Assembly (NCBI GenBank): GCA_963815195.1
Contig: CAWFGE010000015.1
Location: 288,001 to 352,000, forward strand
Origin: an uncultured Planctomycetaceae bacterium
GTDB taxonomy: Bacteria; Planctomycetota; Planctomycetia; Planctomycetales; Planctomycetaceae
DNA: 64,000 nt
Direction: 5' to 3'
The notes below the pieces were generated by a model. That model searched no databases. It was given only the letters and a program-made list of their open reading frames with translations, and was not told the origin of the DNA. The position numbers and the translations under genes were made by a program. This document shows, piece by piece, positions 34,644 to 46,117 of the stretch (its first letter is position 1; each line of letters opens with the position of its first letter).

Positions 34644-36512
34644 TCATCGAAATGCCACGGAGACGGGTTCACTTAACGTTTGCTGAGAAATGACGATATT
34701 GGTCGCCTTCTTATATTCCATTGGATTAGCGGTCGCCGCTTGTTGAATTGAAGTTTCGACAATGTCTATTAGGAGTTTGCGGATGATGCGGCCGCCTTCT
34801 TGGCCGTTGACGTCTTCATTGAGTTGATGGCCACGTTGACCGACCCGTTGGATGAGTGTATCCGGTACAATAAGATTCTTCTCGCGTTTTCGTTTCCAAG
34901 TCATCTTCATCTTTTCGATTTGTAGCTGAGCGATGCCGATCATGGCGGCTTCGTTCAAAGGGCGGAATATCAGGATTCGTGAAATTCTCGCCAGGAATTG
35001 TGGCGCAAAAACCGGCTGGCTGGAGCGTTCGTGGCGGATGCGGGAGAGGGATTGTTTCACCCGGCTGATGATCTCCTCGTCGCTTTTGCCTTGTCGACTC
35101 ATTTGGGCGATTTGCTGGTCGCCCGCGTTGGTAGTCAGGATAAAAATCGCCCGGTCCGCGTGGGCCTTGACGCCGCGTTGATCAACCAGCCAGCCCTCAT
35201 CGAACAGGTTGAGGAACGGTTTCCAGACGTTGGGGTGGGCTTTTTCCGCTTCATCTAGCAAGAAAACTGAGTAGGGGTCCGCATTGAGTTCGTTGACCAG
35301 CCGACCGCCTTGGTCGTGGCCCACGTAACCCGGTGGCACGCCGATGATCCCTGAGACTGTATGTGGTTCGGTGAAGTTGCCCATCGAGTACACTTGTAAT
35401 CGCCCCGTGGCCGAGTACAACCGGGCCAAGGCTTTCGCCAGTTCCGTTTTGCCCACGCCCGTCATTCCGGCGAACAGGAGCACCGACGCCGGGCGGTCCG
35501 GTTCGGTCAGGCCGGCTTTGATCAGCTTGAGTTCGGTGGCCACGACCTCGACCGCCTCCGTTTGGCCCACGACCGAAGCTGTTAAAGCCGCTTCGTAATC
35601 TGTGCTTTTGGTCTCTCCCGAAAGGGTTTCTTTCGGAATCCCGGTACGGTCCGAGATTACTTGCAACAGATCTCTAACTTCAATCGCTTCCCGAACAATA
35701 TTCAACTGTTGTCGCTCAAAGCGAATATCTTCGCAAATCGTTTCGAGCACGCGGATTGACTTGGCGGGATGGCATTCATTCAGGATGAAACTTGACGACA
35801 GTGTCATAACTCGTTTTACGACATCATCATCGATTGCCACTTTATACTCTTGCGAAAGTAACCTCGCGTGATGCCGGGTAATCTCCAGTGCAAGATCTTC
35901 AGACGGTTCTTCGACTTCGATTTTGGTAAACTGGTCGAGCATTCCGGCATCGCCGCTGATCAGGTCATCATAGTCCCACTTATTCAGAATACCGACAACG
36001 TGGAGCCCCGGTCGTTCAGCCGCTGATCGTATCAGTGGCTTATTGCTGCCTCCTTGAGGCCTTCTCAGCAGTGCATCGAAACCATCGAGACAAAGGACGA
36101 CCTTTGAACTAGTTTCCCTGGCGACCTCGAGTATTGTCTCCAAACAGGCTCGGCTATCTTCGGGACCGACATTTTTGCAATCCATCCACAAGAACTGATG
36201 ATCCTTGAGAAACGGATAACCTCCCAATGCAACCCTCCGTGCGAATTCTCGGACAGTCGTTGTCTTCCCAACACCACGATTCCCCGTAATCAGTAAATGG
36301 GGGGCGGACCGATGGTGTAGCCCGCGGGCAAACGGTTTAAAAATCGGATCACATTGTCCGTCGGAAGGATAAGGTTCATTGAATTTCGTGGGAACAAGTT
36401 TGCCCGCATCAAGTGTCAGGTTTTGTAACGGCAGTATGTTGGCTAAGAACTGCCATGCGGTACCATAACGGGGTTCGTCAAAGGAGGCTGAATGAGGATT
36501 CGTTTGGGACAT
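34644..36512 (-). CDS. ClpA/B/V-like Hsp100 ATPase with two AAA modules, lacking the N-domain
   Basis: GNRGVGKT (D1); FAGMTGVGKTELAK, GVPPGYVGHDQGG and PYSVFLLDEAEKAHP (D2). Confidence 0.85.
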   Translation of the reverse strand: MSQTNPHSASFDEPRYGTAWQFLANILPLQNLTLDAGKLVPTKFNEPYPSDGQCDPIFKPFARGLHHRSAPHLLITGNRGVGKTTTVREFARRVALGGYPFLKDHQFLWMDCKNVGPEDSRACLETILEVARETSSKVVLCLDGFDALLRRPQGGSNKPLIRSAAERPGLHVVGILNKWDYDDLISGDAGMLDQFTKIEVEEPSEDLALEITRHHARLLSQEYKVAIDDDVVKRVMTLSSSFILNECHPAKSIRVLETICEDIRFERQQLNIVREAIEVRDLLQVISDRTGIPKETLSGETKSTDYEAALTASVVGQTEAVEVVATELKLIKAGLTEPDRPASVLLFAGMTGVGKTELAKALARLYSATGRLQVYSMGNFTEPHTVSGIIGVPPGYVGHDQGGRLVNELNADPYSVFLLDEAEKAHPNVWKPFLNLFDEGWLVDQRGVKAHADRAIFILTTNAGDQQIAQMSRQGKSDEEIISRVKQSLSRIRHERSSQPVFAPQFLARISRILIFRPLNEAAMIGIAQLQIEKMKMTWKRKREKNLIVPDTLIQRVGQRGHQLNEDVNGQEGGRIIRKLLIDIVETSIQQAATANPMEYKKATNIVISQQTLSEPVSVAFR

Positions 36513-36643
36513 AGTAAAAACGACCTGTGCTGCTTATCGATATCTAACCTGCTCCAGGAATTTCAACCAAGGACAATGAGGGTTTAGGTGATTTGCGATC
36601 AGCATGGTCGAGATCCATCCAAACCCGACTTCCACGCTCGTTT

Positions 36644-38008
36644 TCAATAGATCCCACACTCAGGCAACAACTTTTGCAGTCGTTCACGACTACTCAGGGA
36701 AATATTGGTTCGTCCAAGATAGAGTTCTCGCAGAGTCGTCATGGTGGCCAGATCATCAATGCACTTATCTGTTACCTTGTTGCCCCATAGACTGAGGGTC
36801 TTCAGGTTTTTGAGCTTTGCAATGTGCTTCACCCCGGCATCCGAAATCGAGACACGTGGAATCCAAAGGTTAGAAAGATGTTGCAGTTTGCCGATGCCCT
36901 CAAAACTGTCATCAGTCAACTCTTTACAGGATCCTAGACTGAGAGATTGCAATTCTCGCAAATTCGACAGCGGGGGTAAATTAGTCAACCGCGTACACCC
37001 CGTGAGGTTTAGGGTCCTCAACTGCGGGAGTTTCGCCAGCGATCGCATATCGGAAAGTCGTTCGCATTCTGTTAATTTGAGGGTCCTTAATTGCTGAAGA
37101 TTGGCCAGCGAATGCAACCCATCGTTGGTGACCTTTGCCGCGCCAATGTCCAAATGACGCAGTTTCTCGAGACGGCCAATGCCTTTGAGACCATGGTCCG
37201 ACAGTTGGCTACAGTTGATTTCGAGCGTTTTCAAGTTGGGCAGATTCCCAAGTTTGGAAATTCCCTCATCAGTACACCTGAGAATGCCTGGAATTTTAAG
37301 TATTCTTAGGCCATCTAACTTGGCAACGCACGCCAAGCCTTCGTCGTTGACACTCTCAGGCAAAATCAGAATCGAAAGCTTTTGGAACTTCTGAGCGTCT
37401 GCGAACCCTGTTCCTTTCACCAAATACTGCCCAGACCCCAGGTCTAACGCTTTGAGATTTTTCAATTCCCCAAGTTTGGAAATTCCCTCGTCGGTCACAC
37501 GAGAATAATCCAAATCCAACGATTCTAGGGACTTCAGCGTGGCCAGACCGGTCATGTGGTGATCTTCCAGATACGCTTGGATTCGAAGATGTTTCAGGTT
37601 TTTGAACTGCCAGACTTGCTCAATGATTTTCTTGCCGGACTGCCCTCCCAAGTCCAACGACAAATTCGTTAAGTTCTCAAGATGCAGAAACGGTGTGAGA
37701 TCCGCCCCAGTGGGGGTCGGGTTAACCGGGAGATTGGAATAAAACATCTCTCGACTCAGGGTTAGTCCGCACGGAACTGGAATGCTAGGCAATTTGCGTG
37801 TAGGAGCGCTGCTGAAATGAAATCCTGGCACTTGACCGGGAAGATCGGAGTCTACTCCAACCCCATTCCAACCTCGGACCATTCGCGGAATCCCCCCGGC
37901 TTCCACATATTCTTGAGTGATTTCCTTGCCAATGGAATCCTCTGCGTCGGCCGAATTACCAATAAGCGCAATAATGGAAAAACAAGCGAAAAAACGAAGA
38001 GTCAACAT
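36644..38008 (-). CDS. Leucine-rich-repeat protein with signal peptide, candidate immunity protein for Rhs2
   Basis: LxxLxxLxL...VTDxG repeats; signal-like MLTLRFFACFSIIALIGNSADA; GGAGA RBS; 42 bp after the Rhs2 stop. Confidence 0.85.
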   Translation of the reverse strand: MLTLRFFACFSIIALIGNSADAEDSIGKEITQEYVEAGGIPRMVRGWNGVGVDSDLPGQVPGFHFSSAPTRKLPSIPVPCGLTLSREMFYSNLPVNPTPTGADLTPFLHLENLTNLSLDLGGQSGKKIIEQVWQFKNLKHLRIQAYLEDHHMTGLATLKSLESLDLDYSRVTDEGISKLGELKNLKALDLGSGQYLVKGTGFADAQKFQKLSILILPESVNDEGLACVAKLDGLRILKIPGILRCTDEGISKLGNLPNLKTLEINCSQLSDHGLKGIGRLEKLRHLDIGAAKVTNDGLHSLANLQQLRTLKLTECERLSDMRSLAKLPQLRTLNLTGCTRLTNLPPLSNLRELQSLSLGSCKELTDDSFEGIGKLQHLSNLWIPRVSISDAGVKHIAKLKNLKTLSLWGNKVTDKCIDDLATMTTLRELYLGRTNISLSSRERLQKLLPECGIY

Positions 38009-38049
38009 CTCAAAAAGTCTCCTTTCCAACAATGTCCCCCCGATGGTTT

Positions 38050-41000
38050 TTAAGGTGAACAGGGGGGGCCAAGTGGTCTCTCTGCTACGGCGGGGGGAAT
38101 CTCGGGTTGCGGGAACACGATCGGTCTCTGTGCTATGGCCGGAGGGGGGCCTTGGAGTTTGATTTCATATCTGTAAAACTGCCGCGCGTCTTGAGGGTTT
38201 AAGGCACTTGGGCCTATAACCCTGTCAACCGTTGCATAGAGACCGTTAGCACTACTATTAATCTGCCTCGTGATTTGGCATATAATATGACCTCTGCTCG
38301 TTCTATCGCACCGGTTATTTTCAGGAGGTGGATAAAGGACATATACGCTGGTCGTATCAATCCCATTTGGATCCTGACTTAAGATACGTATTACTATGTT
38401 GGTAAAGACCGATACTGGTACTCCTTCAGAGCCAATCGATCTTTCAATGTAGAGGATGTCGATGTTTGCTCCACAGACGGCTTCCGGCAACTTGTCTAGA
38501 TCGTCGTTGTTACCTTTGTAAAACCTCGGGATTAGCTCACCTTGCGGATCGGTAGATGTTTTAGTACCCAGTCGAATGTTGAGGTTAATTGCATCTAAGT
38601 GTTTTCCCTCGCCGCCAATATCCACTTTAACCGGTTTTAGTGTATAGCCCGACTCATCCATTTCCGCTTGCCAAGCCTTTTTGATACACTTGAGTGTATC
38701 TTTTCCAATAGCAGCTTCTTCCCCGCTTGGAGTGATTATATTTGATTCCCAACACTCATACGTTGTCGCTCCCGAGGCACGCATGAATTTATTATACGGC
38801 TCAGTAAAGGGGTAATGTGCTCTTGCGTAATCGGACAGTAGTATGGCATCCCTCTCATCTGTGTGAATATACCACCATCCACAACACTCCTTCTTGAACA
38901 CATGCTGGAACTGTTCGCGGCAATCTTCACGCAGCCTTCCCTTGAAATCCTTGAGTTTCTCTTCGAAATCTTCTGCTTCATCCTTGTCTTTGGTGACAAA
39001 GATGTTCCCGCTCGGGTCGATTAAGTTAATCGGGTTATTGGCCACATACCGATAGAGATTCTCTTCATCAGCCCGAATAGGATCTTCGCTGAGAAATCGG
39101 CCCGTTTCCGAGCAAAGTGGACGGGCTCGCAAGAGATAAAGACCACTTTCGGCATCGTGGTAATACCCCATTTCACCAACCCACTGATAAACATTCTCGG
39201 TGCTGCCACTCGATGTCGCCGGCTCGCCGAAGGCGTAGTACGAGTACTCGTCCGTTGCAACTTCGGCTGTATCGGTCAGACTGCGTGTGCTGCCCAGCGC
39301 GTCGTAGTGGTAGTAGCTGGATTCCGTGTCGCGTTTTTGGGAAATGAGATTCCCATAGGCTGCCGGCTCCAAAGTGTATTCGGCATTCGGCAAACCGCCG
39401 TCATCCAATTCCGCGATAATACGGTCTTCATCCCAGACAAATCGGACGAATGCCGTGCCGTCATCCTTGGTGATCCTCTGCTCGGTGTCATCGCGTTTGA
39501 CCAACGCATACGTGTATGTAACTGATTCAGCCGTTGGCTGTTCGACACCGATCAACTTGTTTTCATACGACCAAATTTGCGTTGTCAGGTCACCGTTTGG
39601 TTGTTCGACACTTAGTTGATTGCCGTCGGCATCGTAGCTGAAAGTGGTGAGGGCGCCTATGGAGTCCTGGGTGGCCTTCAGCTGATTCGCCACGTCATAG
39701 GTATACGTCGTCGTAGAACCGTCTTCGACTTTCGTCAATCGATTGCCGACGGGATCATACACGAAAGTATGAGCGTAGGCGTTTATCCCACTTCGCTTCT
39801 CCGTCAGGAGTTGATACGTATCATCGTAGGTCCACGTCACCCGATCGCCATCGGCTTCGACAACACTGGTCCGATTTCCAGCGGCGTTATAGGCGTACCT
39901 AAATGACGAAACAACCGTCAAATCAGCCTTGAAATCGGTCAGGAATGTGAGTTTGCCAGCGGCATTGTAAGTGTATGATGCGCGTGTGCCGTTGGCAAGC
40001 TGTTTCATCGTGCGCCGTCCGGCAGCGTCGTAGCTGTAGGTGGTGAGGTCACCATCGGGGTTGATGAGCGAGTTGATTCTGTCTGCATCGTCGTACGTGT
40101 AGGTCGTCAACCCGCCTTCGGTGTCTGTCAGGGCTCGACGCCGTCCAGCGGCGTCGTAGCTGAATGTGAGAATGCCTGCATTGGGTTCGCTGACCGTCAC
40201 AACGCGGTTGAGGTCGTCGAACGTGCGCGTCCAGTTACCATCGGCTTGGGCAACCGAGGTCGGGTTGCCGTTGGCGTCGTATGTCCACGTGATTCGACTT
40301 GCATCCGGATAGAGCCGCTGTTTGACTCGACCGGCCCCGTCGTATGTGTATGTCGTGCGGTTGCCGCGGGCATCGATCCGCAAAGTCGCGCGTCCAGCGG
40401 CGTCGTAACCGATGGTAACTATGTTGCCCAAGGGATTGATGGTGTGGATTGGGCGTCCAGCGGCGTCGTAAACTGTCGTGGTGCGCTGATCGATGGCGTT
40501 CACGGCAGAAATCAGCCTACCGGCGTCATCATAAAGGGTGGTAGTCCGGTTTGTCAGCGCATCGACTGTTACAATTGTTCTCCCGGATGCATCGTAAACT
40601 GTGGTGGATCGGTTCGCCAACGGATCAACGGAGGCGAGCACACGGCCGGCCAAGTCGTAGACAGTCGTTGTTCGCTCCCCCAAGGGGTTGACGTTTGCAA
40701 TCGACTGCCCAGCCGCGTCATAGAGGAAGGTTGTCCGGTGGGTAAGTGGGTCGATCCTTGCAATCGTTCGGCTCGCGTTGTCGTAAACGGTGGTCGTAAT
40801 CTCCGAGAGCGGGTTTATCGAGGCAATGCCACGTCCGTTAGCGTCATAGGTTGTCGAATTACGCAGACCAAGTGGGTCAATCGTGGCGATCTGTCGTCCC
40901 GCGTCATCGTAAATTGTTGTTGTGGTTTCACTGAGCGGATTGATCTCGGCTACGACCCTGCCTGTAGCGTCGTAACTCGTCGTGTGCCGCAGAGCAAGCG

Positions 41001-44000
41001 GATCGATGCTAGTGATCGTTCGGCTGGCATTGTCGTAAACGGTGGTCATGATTTCCGCAAGAGGGTTTATCGAGGCAATGCTACGTCCAGCCGCATCGTA
41101 AATGGTAGAGGTGGTTTCATTCTCCGGGTTGGTCCTGGCGATGGGCCGACTGGCACCATCGTAGGCAGTGGTCGTTCGCAGGCCCAGGGGATCAATGTTG
41201 GCGATGGATCGGCCCGCCGCATCGTATACCACAGAAGTGGTTTCGTTCTCCGGATTAGTACTGGCGATGGGCCGACCAACGCTATCGTAGGTGGTGGTCG
41301 TTCGCAGTCCCAAAGGGTCGATGCCGGCGATGGTTCGTCCTGCCGCATCGTAAACGGTGGAGGTGGTTTCGTTCTCCGGATTGGTGTTGGCGATGACCCG
41401 GCCTGCACTATCGTAAGCGGTGGTCGTTCTCAGGCCCAGGGGATCAATGCTGGCGATGGTTCGTCCTGCCGCATCGTAAACGGTGGAAGTGGTTTCGTTC
41501 TCCTGATTGGTGTTGGCGATCGGCCGCCCGGTGCTATCATAGGCCGTGGTCGTTCGCAGTCCTAAGGGATCAATGCTGGCAATGGTTCGGCCCGCCGCAT
41601 CGTAAACGGTGGAGGTGGTTTCGTTCTCCGGGTTGGTACTGGCAACGGGCTGACTGGCACTATTGTAGGTGGTGGTCGTTCGCAGTCCCAATGGATCAAT
41701 GCTGGCGATGGTTCGGCCTGCCGCATCGTAAAGGGTGGAAGTGGTTTCGTTCTCCGGATTGGTGTTTGCAATGGGCCGCCCGGTGCTATCGTAGGCGGTG
41801 GTCGCTCGCAATCCTAAGGGATCAATGCTGGCAATGGATCGGCCCGCCGCATCGTAAACGGTGGAGGTGGTTTCGTCCTCCGGATTGGTGCGGGCGATGG
41901 ACCGGCCTGCGCTATCGTAAGCCGTGGTCGTTCGCAGTCCGAGAGGGTCGACGCTGGCAATGGATCGGCCCGCCGCATTGTAGACGGTCGTGTTGCGGTA
42001 GCCAATAGGGTTGATGCGAGCGACGGTTTGACCTGCCGCGTTGTAAATGTTTGTGTTGCGATTTCCCAGCGGATCAATGCTGGCGATGGTTTGGTTGGCA
42101 GCGTTGTAAACTGTCGTGCTGCGGTTGCCCAAGGGGTTAATGTTTGCAGTACGTCTCCCATCCTGGTCGTAGATGGTGGTGTTGCGATCGCCCAATGGAT
42201 TGACACTAGCCACTGTTTGCCCCGCCGTATTGTAGATTGTGGTCGTCCTTTCATTGTTTGGGTTGATTTGGGCGATGGTTCGGCCGCTGGTGTCGTAGAC
42301 CGTGGTGCTGCGATTGCCCAGTGGGTTGATGCTCGCGATGAGTTGGTTTTGGGCGTTATAGACATTCGTGCTGCGGTTGCCCAACGGATTGATTCGGGCG
42401 ATGGGGTTGCTGTTGACATCGTAAATTGTAGTGCTGCGATTGCCCAGTGGATCCACTTGGGCGATGGGGCGGTAGTCCTCATCATAGACTGTCGTGTTGC
42501 GTTCCCCGGCGGGGTTGATCTGGGCGATGGGCAGATTGCTTTCATCATGGATGGTGGTGGTCCGCTGACCGAGTGGGTTGATGCGAGCCACGGGACGATT
42601 GGCCGCGTCATAGACCGTGGTCGTGATGTTCCCGAGGGGATTTTCCTTCCGGCGGAGACGACCTACCGCGTTGTAGGTGTAACTGGTGCGGTTTCCCAGC
42701 GGGTCGATTTTGGCCAAGGGGCGGTTGCCTGGGTTGTAGATTGTCTCGGAGGTGTGGCCGAGGGGGTTGGTGGAGGTCAAGCGGTTGCCGTTGGCATCGT
42801 AGGTGTAGCTCGTGCGGTTCCCGAGCGGATTGATGGACACCGTGGTCAGATTCAGATCGTTTTTGACCAGCGTGGTCCGGGCTCCCAAGGGAGAAACCGT
42901 GCCCTGAAAAACACCGTTGCTGTTGTACGAATAGGTTAGCCGTTCGCCCAAGGGATTGATGCGGGCCACGCGTTGGTCGCTGGCATCATAAACGTAAGTG
43001 ATGGTTTCGTTTTGCGGATTCGTGACCGATTTGAGTTGCCCCTTGGCGTTATAGGTCATGGAACTTCGATTGCCGAGCGGATCGATCTGGGCGATCCGTT
43101 GCCCGTTGCTATCACGAAGCACCGTATACACGTCTTGGCCGGGAAGTTTCAGGCCCGTGAGACGCTTGTTCGCATTGTATGTATAGGTGGAGATTGTCCC
43201 GTTGGGGCGAGTGGCGGTTTTGAGTTGGTTCCCGTCATAGGTGTAACTCGTCCGCCGTCCCATCGCATCTTCCAACGAAGCCACCTGTTTTTTGTCGTTC
43301 CAGGTCAGCTTCGTTTCGTTGCCGAGCGGATCGGTCAGCTTGGTCACGCTGCCGTCCAGGTTGAGTTCCACTTGGGAGGTTTTTCCTTCCGGGTTGGTGA
43401 TGCTCACGGACGACAGATCGAAGGAATAGGTTGTTGTATTTCCCGCCGGGTTCGTGCAAGTCTGCACATTTCCGGAAGCATCGTACGTGATGCTCGAGCG
43501 TCCCCCGTTCGGGTTGATTTGAGTCTGTCAATCGTCCCTGGGCATCGTATTCGTATTCCGTGACGCACATCTCTGGCCCGGTGATCTTGCTAAGGTTGTC
43601 CCCATCGTACTCAAAGGTTGTTTCGCGTCCGCCGGGTTCGGTGATTTTGGTCAATCGTCCTGCTTCATCGTAGGTGAAGGTCGTGGTTTCCCCGGCGGGA
43701 TTTGTGATTTGCGTAATATTGTGATTGGCGTCGGTCGTCACATTCCAGGTCGCACCCGCCCCATTGGTGAAGGAAGATAACAAACCCAGGCTGTCTGTTT
43801 GCGTGTAATGAAACTCGTTGCCGTCATCATCGGTTTCCGTCCAACCAGGCGGGCTTGTCGAATGAGTGAGTTCGCCCGGAGCGCCATCGGGCCGCACGTA
43901 TTCTCCTGAGTTTTCATCCCATTCGTAGCAGTAGACCTCGCCGGTTCCCAGGAAAAGAATGACATTCCCATTGTCGAGTTCTTCGACATACCGCTCAAAC

Positions 44001-45160
44001 GATCCCGTCCAACCGCCGGGTTCGGAGGATTGGGAATTGTAAAACAGCCCCAAGTCGGGAGTGAAACTGGCCCCGGTCGGCAGCCCGTACCCGGCACTGA
44101 CCGCCCCGGTCCCCACATCGACCCAGAGATTGCCGCACCGTCCCAGATTCCGGATCGAATCCAATTGATCGTCCGAGGTATCCGCCGGAGGCAGACATTG
44201 CGTGTCGGCTGAGGTTTCGCTCTCCAGCGAGATCAACGGCGGCGGCTCGCAGGTGATGCCATCGTCACATCCGCAACTGCCCTCCGATTGGGTCGAGTCA
44301 CCGTCGGCTTCCGAATCGCAACTCGAACATGAGGTGGTACAAGAGTCGGTAGGCGTTTCAGGCAGTCGGCACGAACTGCCGGGACGCCTTGGCCCCGTCG
44401 ATTGGCACAACTCGACAAGACTGGACTCACTGCTGGCCGACGATTCGCTGCTGGAGGACGACGAACTGCTTGACGAGGAGGCACTGCTCGGGGAACTCTC
44501 CGAGGACGAACTACTGGACGAGGAGAGGCTGCTCGCGGAGGATGCGCTGCTCGCCGAACTGGCTGACGATTCGCTGCTTGAGGAAGATAAACTGCTCGGG
44601 GAACTCTCCGAAGAGGAACTGCTTGCCGAGGACTGGCTACTTTCCGAGGATGCACTGCTCGGGGAACTCTCCGAGGACTCACTGCTTGCGGAGCTTTCCG
44701 AAGACAAACTGCTTTCCGAGGATTCACTGCTTGCGGAGCTTTCCGAAGACAAACTGCTTTCCGAGGATTCACTGCTTGCGGAGCTTTCCGAGGATTCGCT
44801 GCTTGCGGAGGAGGGGCTGCTTTCCGAGGATTCACTGCTCGGGGAACTCTCCGAGGATTCACTGCTGGGAGAGCTTTCCGAAGAGAGGCTACTCGCGGAG
44901 GACGCGCTGCTCGCCGAACTGGCCGACGATTCGCTGCTCGGGGAAGACGAACTGCTGGGAGAGCTTTCCGAAGAGAGGCTGCTCTCAGAACTGGCCGACG
45001 ATTCGCTGCTGTTTGAGGACCGACTGCTCGCCGAACTTTCCGAAGAGAAACTGCTTGCGGAAGATTCGCTGCTGGGAGAGCTTTCCGAAGATTCACTGCT
45101 GGGAGAGCTTTCCGAAGAGAGGCTGTCACCTGACGAGAAGCTACTTTCCGAACTCGGCAT
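38050..45160 (-). CDS. Rhs/YD-repeat polymorphic toxin 2 (~2369 aa after one +1 indel near 43522)
   Basis: Same N-terminus as Rhs1; Rhs core GRFLSEDPI...YRYVANNPINLIDPSG; unrelated ~320-aa tip. Confidence 0.9.
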
Positions 45161-45387
45161 GAAAAGCTCCCAGCATTTCAAAGATCAGCGGGAAGAAAGG
45201 ACAATGGAATCGGGAACCCCCACTGTAGACATCCAGCCAGAATCTGTCCATACTGCCAGGTGAAAAAGCAAACAAACCCGCATACCTCCTCCTCATCGGT
45301 AAAGGTTCAAAATCGCGCCGTTTTTCGAATATCCCCAACCTGGACACACCTCTTGTCCGCCAGCCTCAGCCCTCTGCACCAAGCCAC

Positions 45388-46027
45388 ATGCCAAATCGCT
45401 TACAATATCTGATCACGGGCACCGGCCGTTGTGGAACCGGGTTCATGGCCCAAGCTTTTACCAGTGCTGGGCTTTCCTGTGGACACGAAGCCGTCTTCGG
45501 ATTCCACAAAGTGAATGCGGCTCACGTCGAGTCTGGCGACTTGGTGGCCGAGTCCAGCTCGGTGCGCAGTCCCCCGCTTGAATCATCCTCTCTGCCGAGA
45601 GGCCGTGGTGATTCACCTGGTGCGGAATCCGCTCAAAGTTATTCGTTCTTTGCTCGCGGCGAACTACTATCAGGATCCCCCCAAAGCTTGGGATCGCTTG
45701 CTGGTGCAGTGGCTGCCGAAGTTGACGGAGAAACGGACAAAACTTGCCAAAGCCCTGCATCACTATGTGCATTGGAACTTGCTCGTCGAATCGCTGTGCC
45801 GCGATCGGCAATTGGTGCGTTTTCGGATCGAAGACGACGTGAATGACCTCTTGAAAAGTTTGGGAGAAGAGCGAGTCGCCACATTCGAGGATCGGGACTA
45901 CAATACAAGACGTCACCGTCGACCGCGGGCCTACGATGGTTGTCTCACGGTCTGCGAACTTCCCTCCGGTGAGGATAAGAATGCTTTAATTGATTTGGCG
46001 GAGCGTTATGGCTACCAATTGTGGTGA
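45388..46027 (+). CDS. Sulfotransferase-like P-loop protein (frameshift near 45560)
   Basis: LITGTGRCGT PAPS-loop, GHE and IHLVRNP motifs. Confidence 0.7.
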
Positions 46028-46117
46028 ATGAACGCCGAATAGGTCATTTCATCAATCCTTACAGGAAAAGCAAATCATCAACGACTCGACACCTCACGAA
46101 AAAGTGAGAACCTCTTA

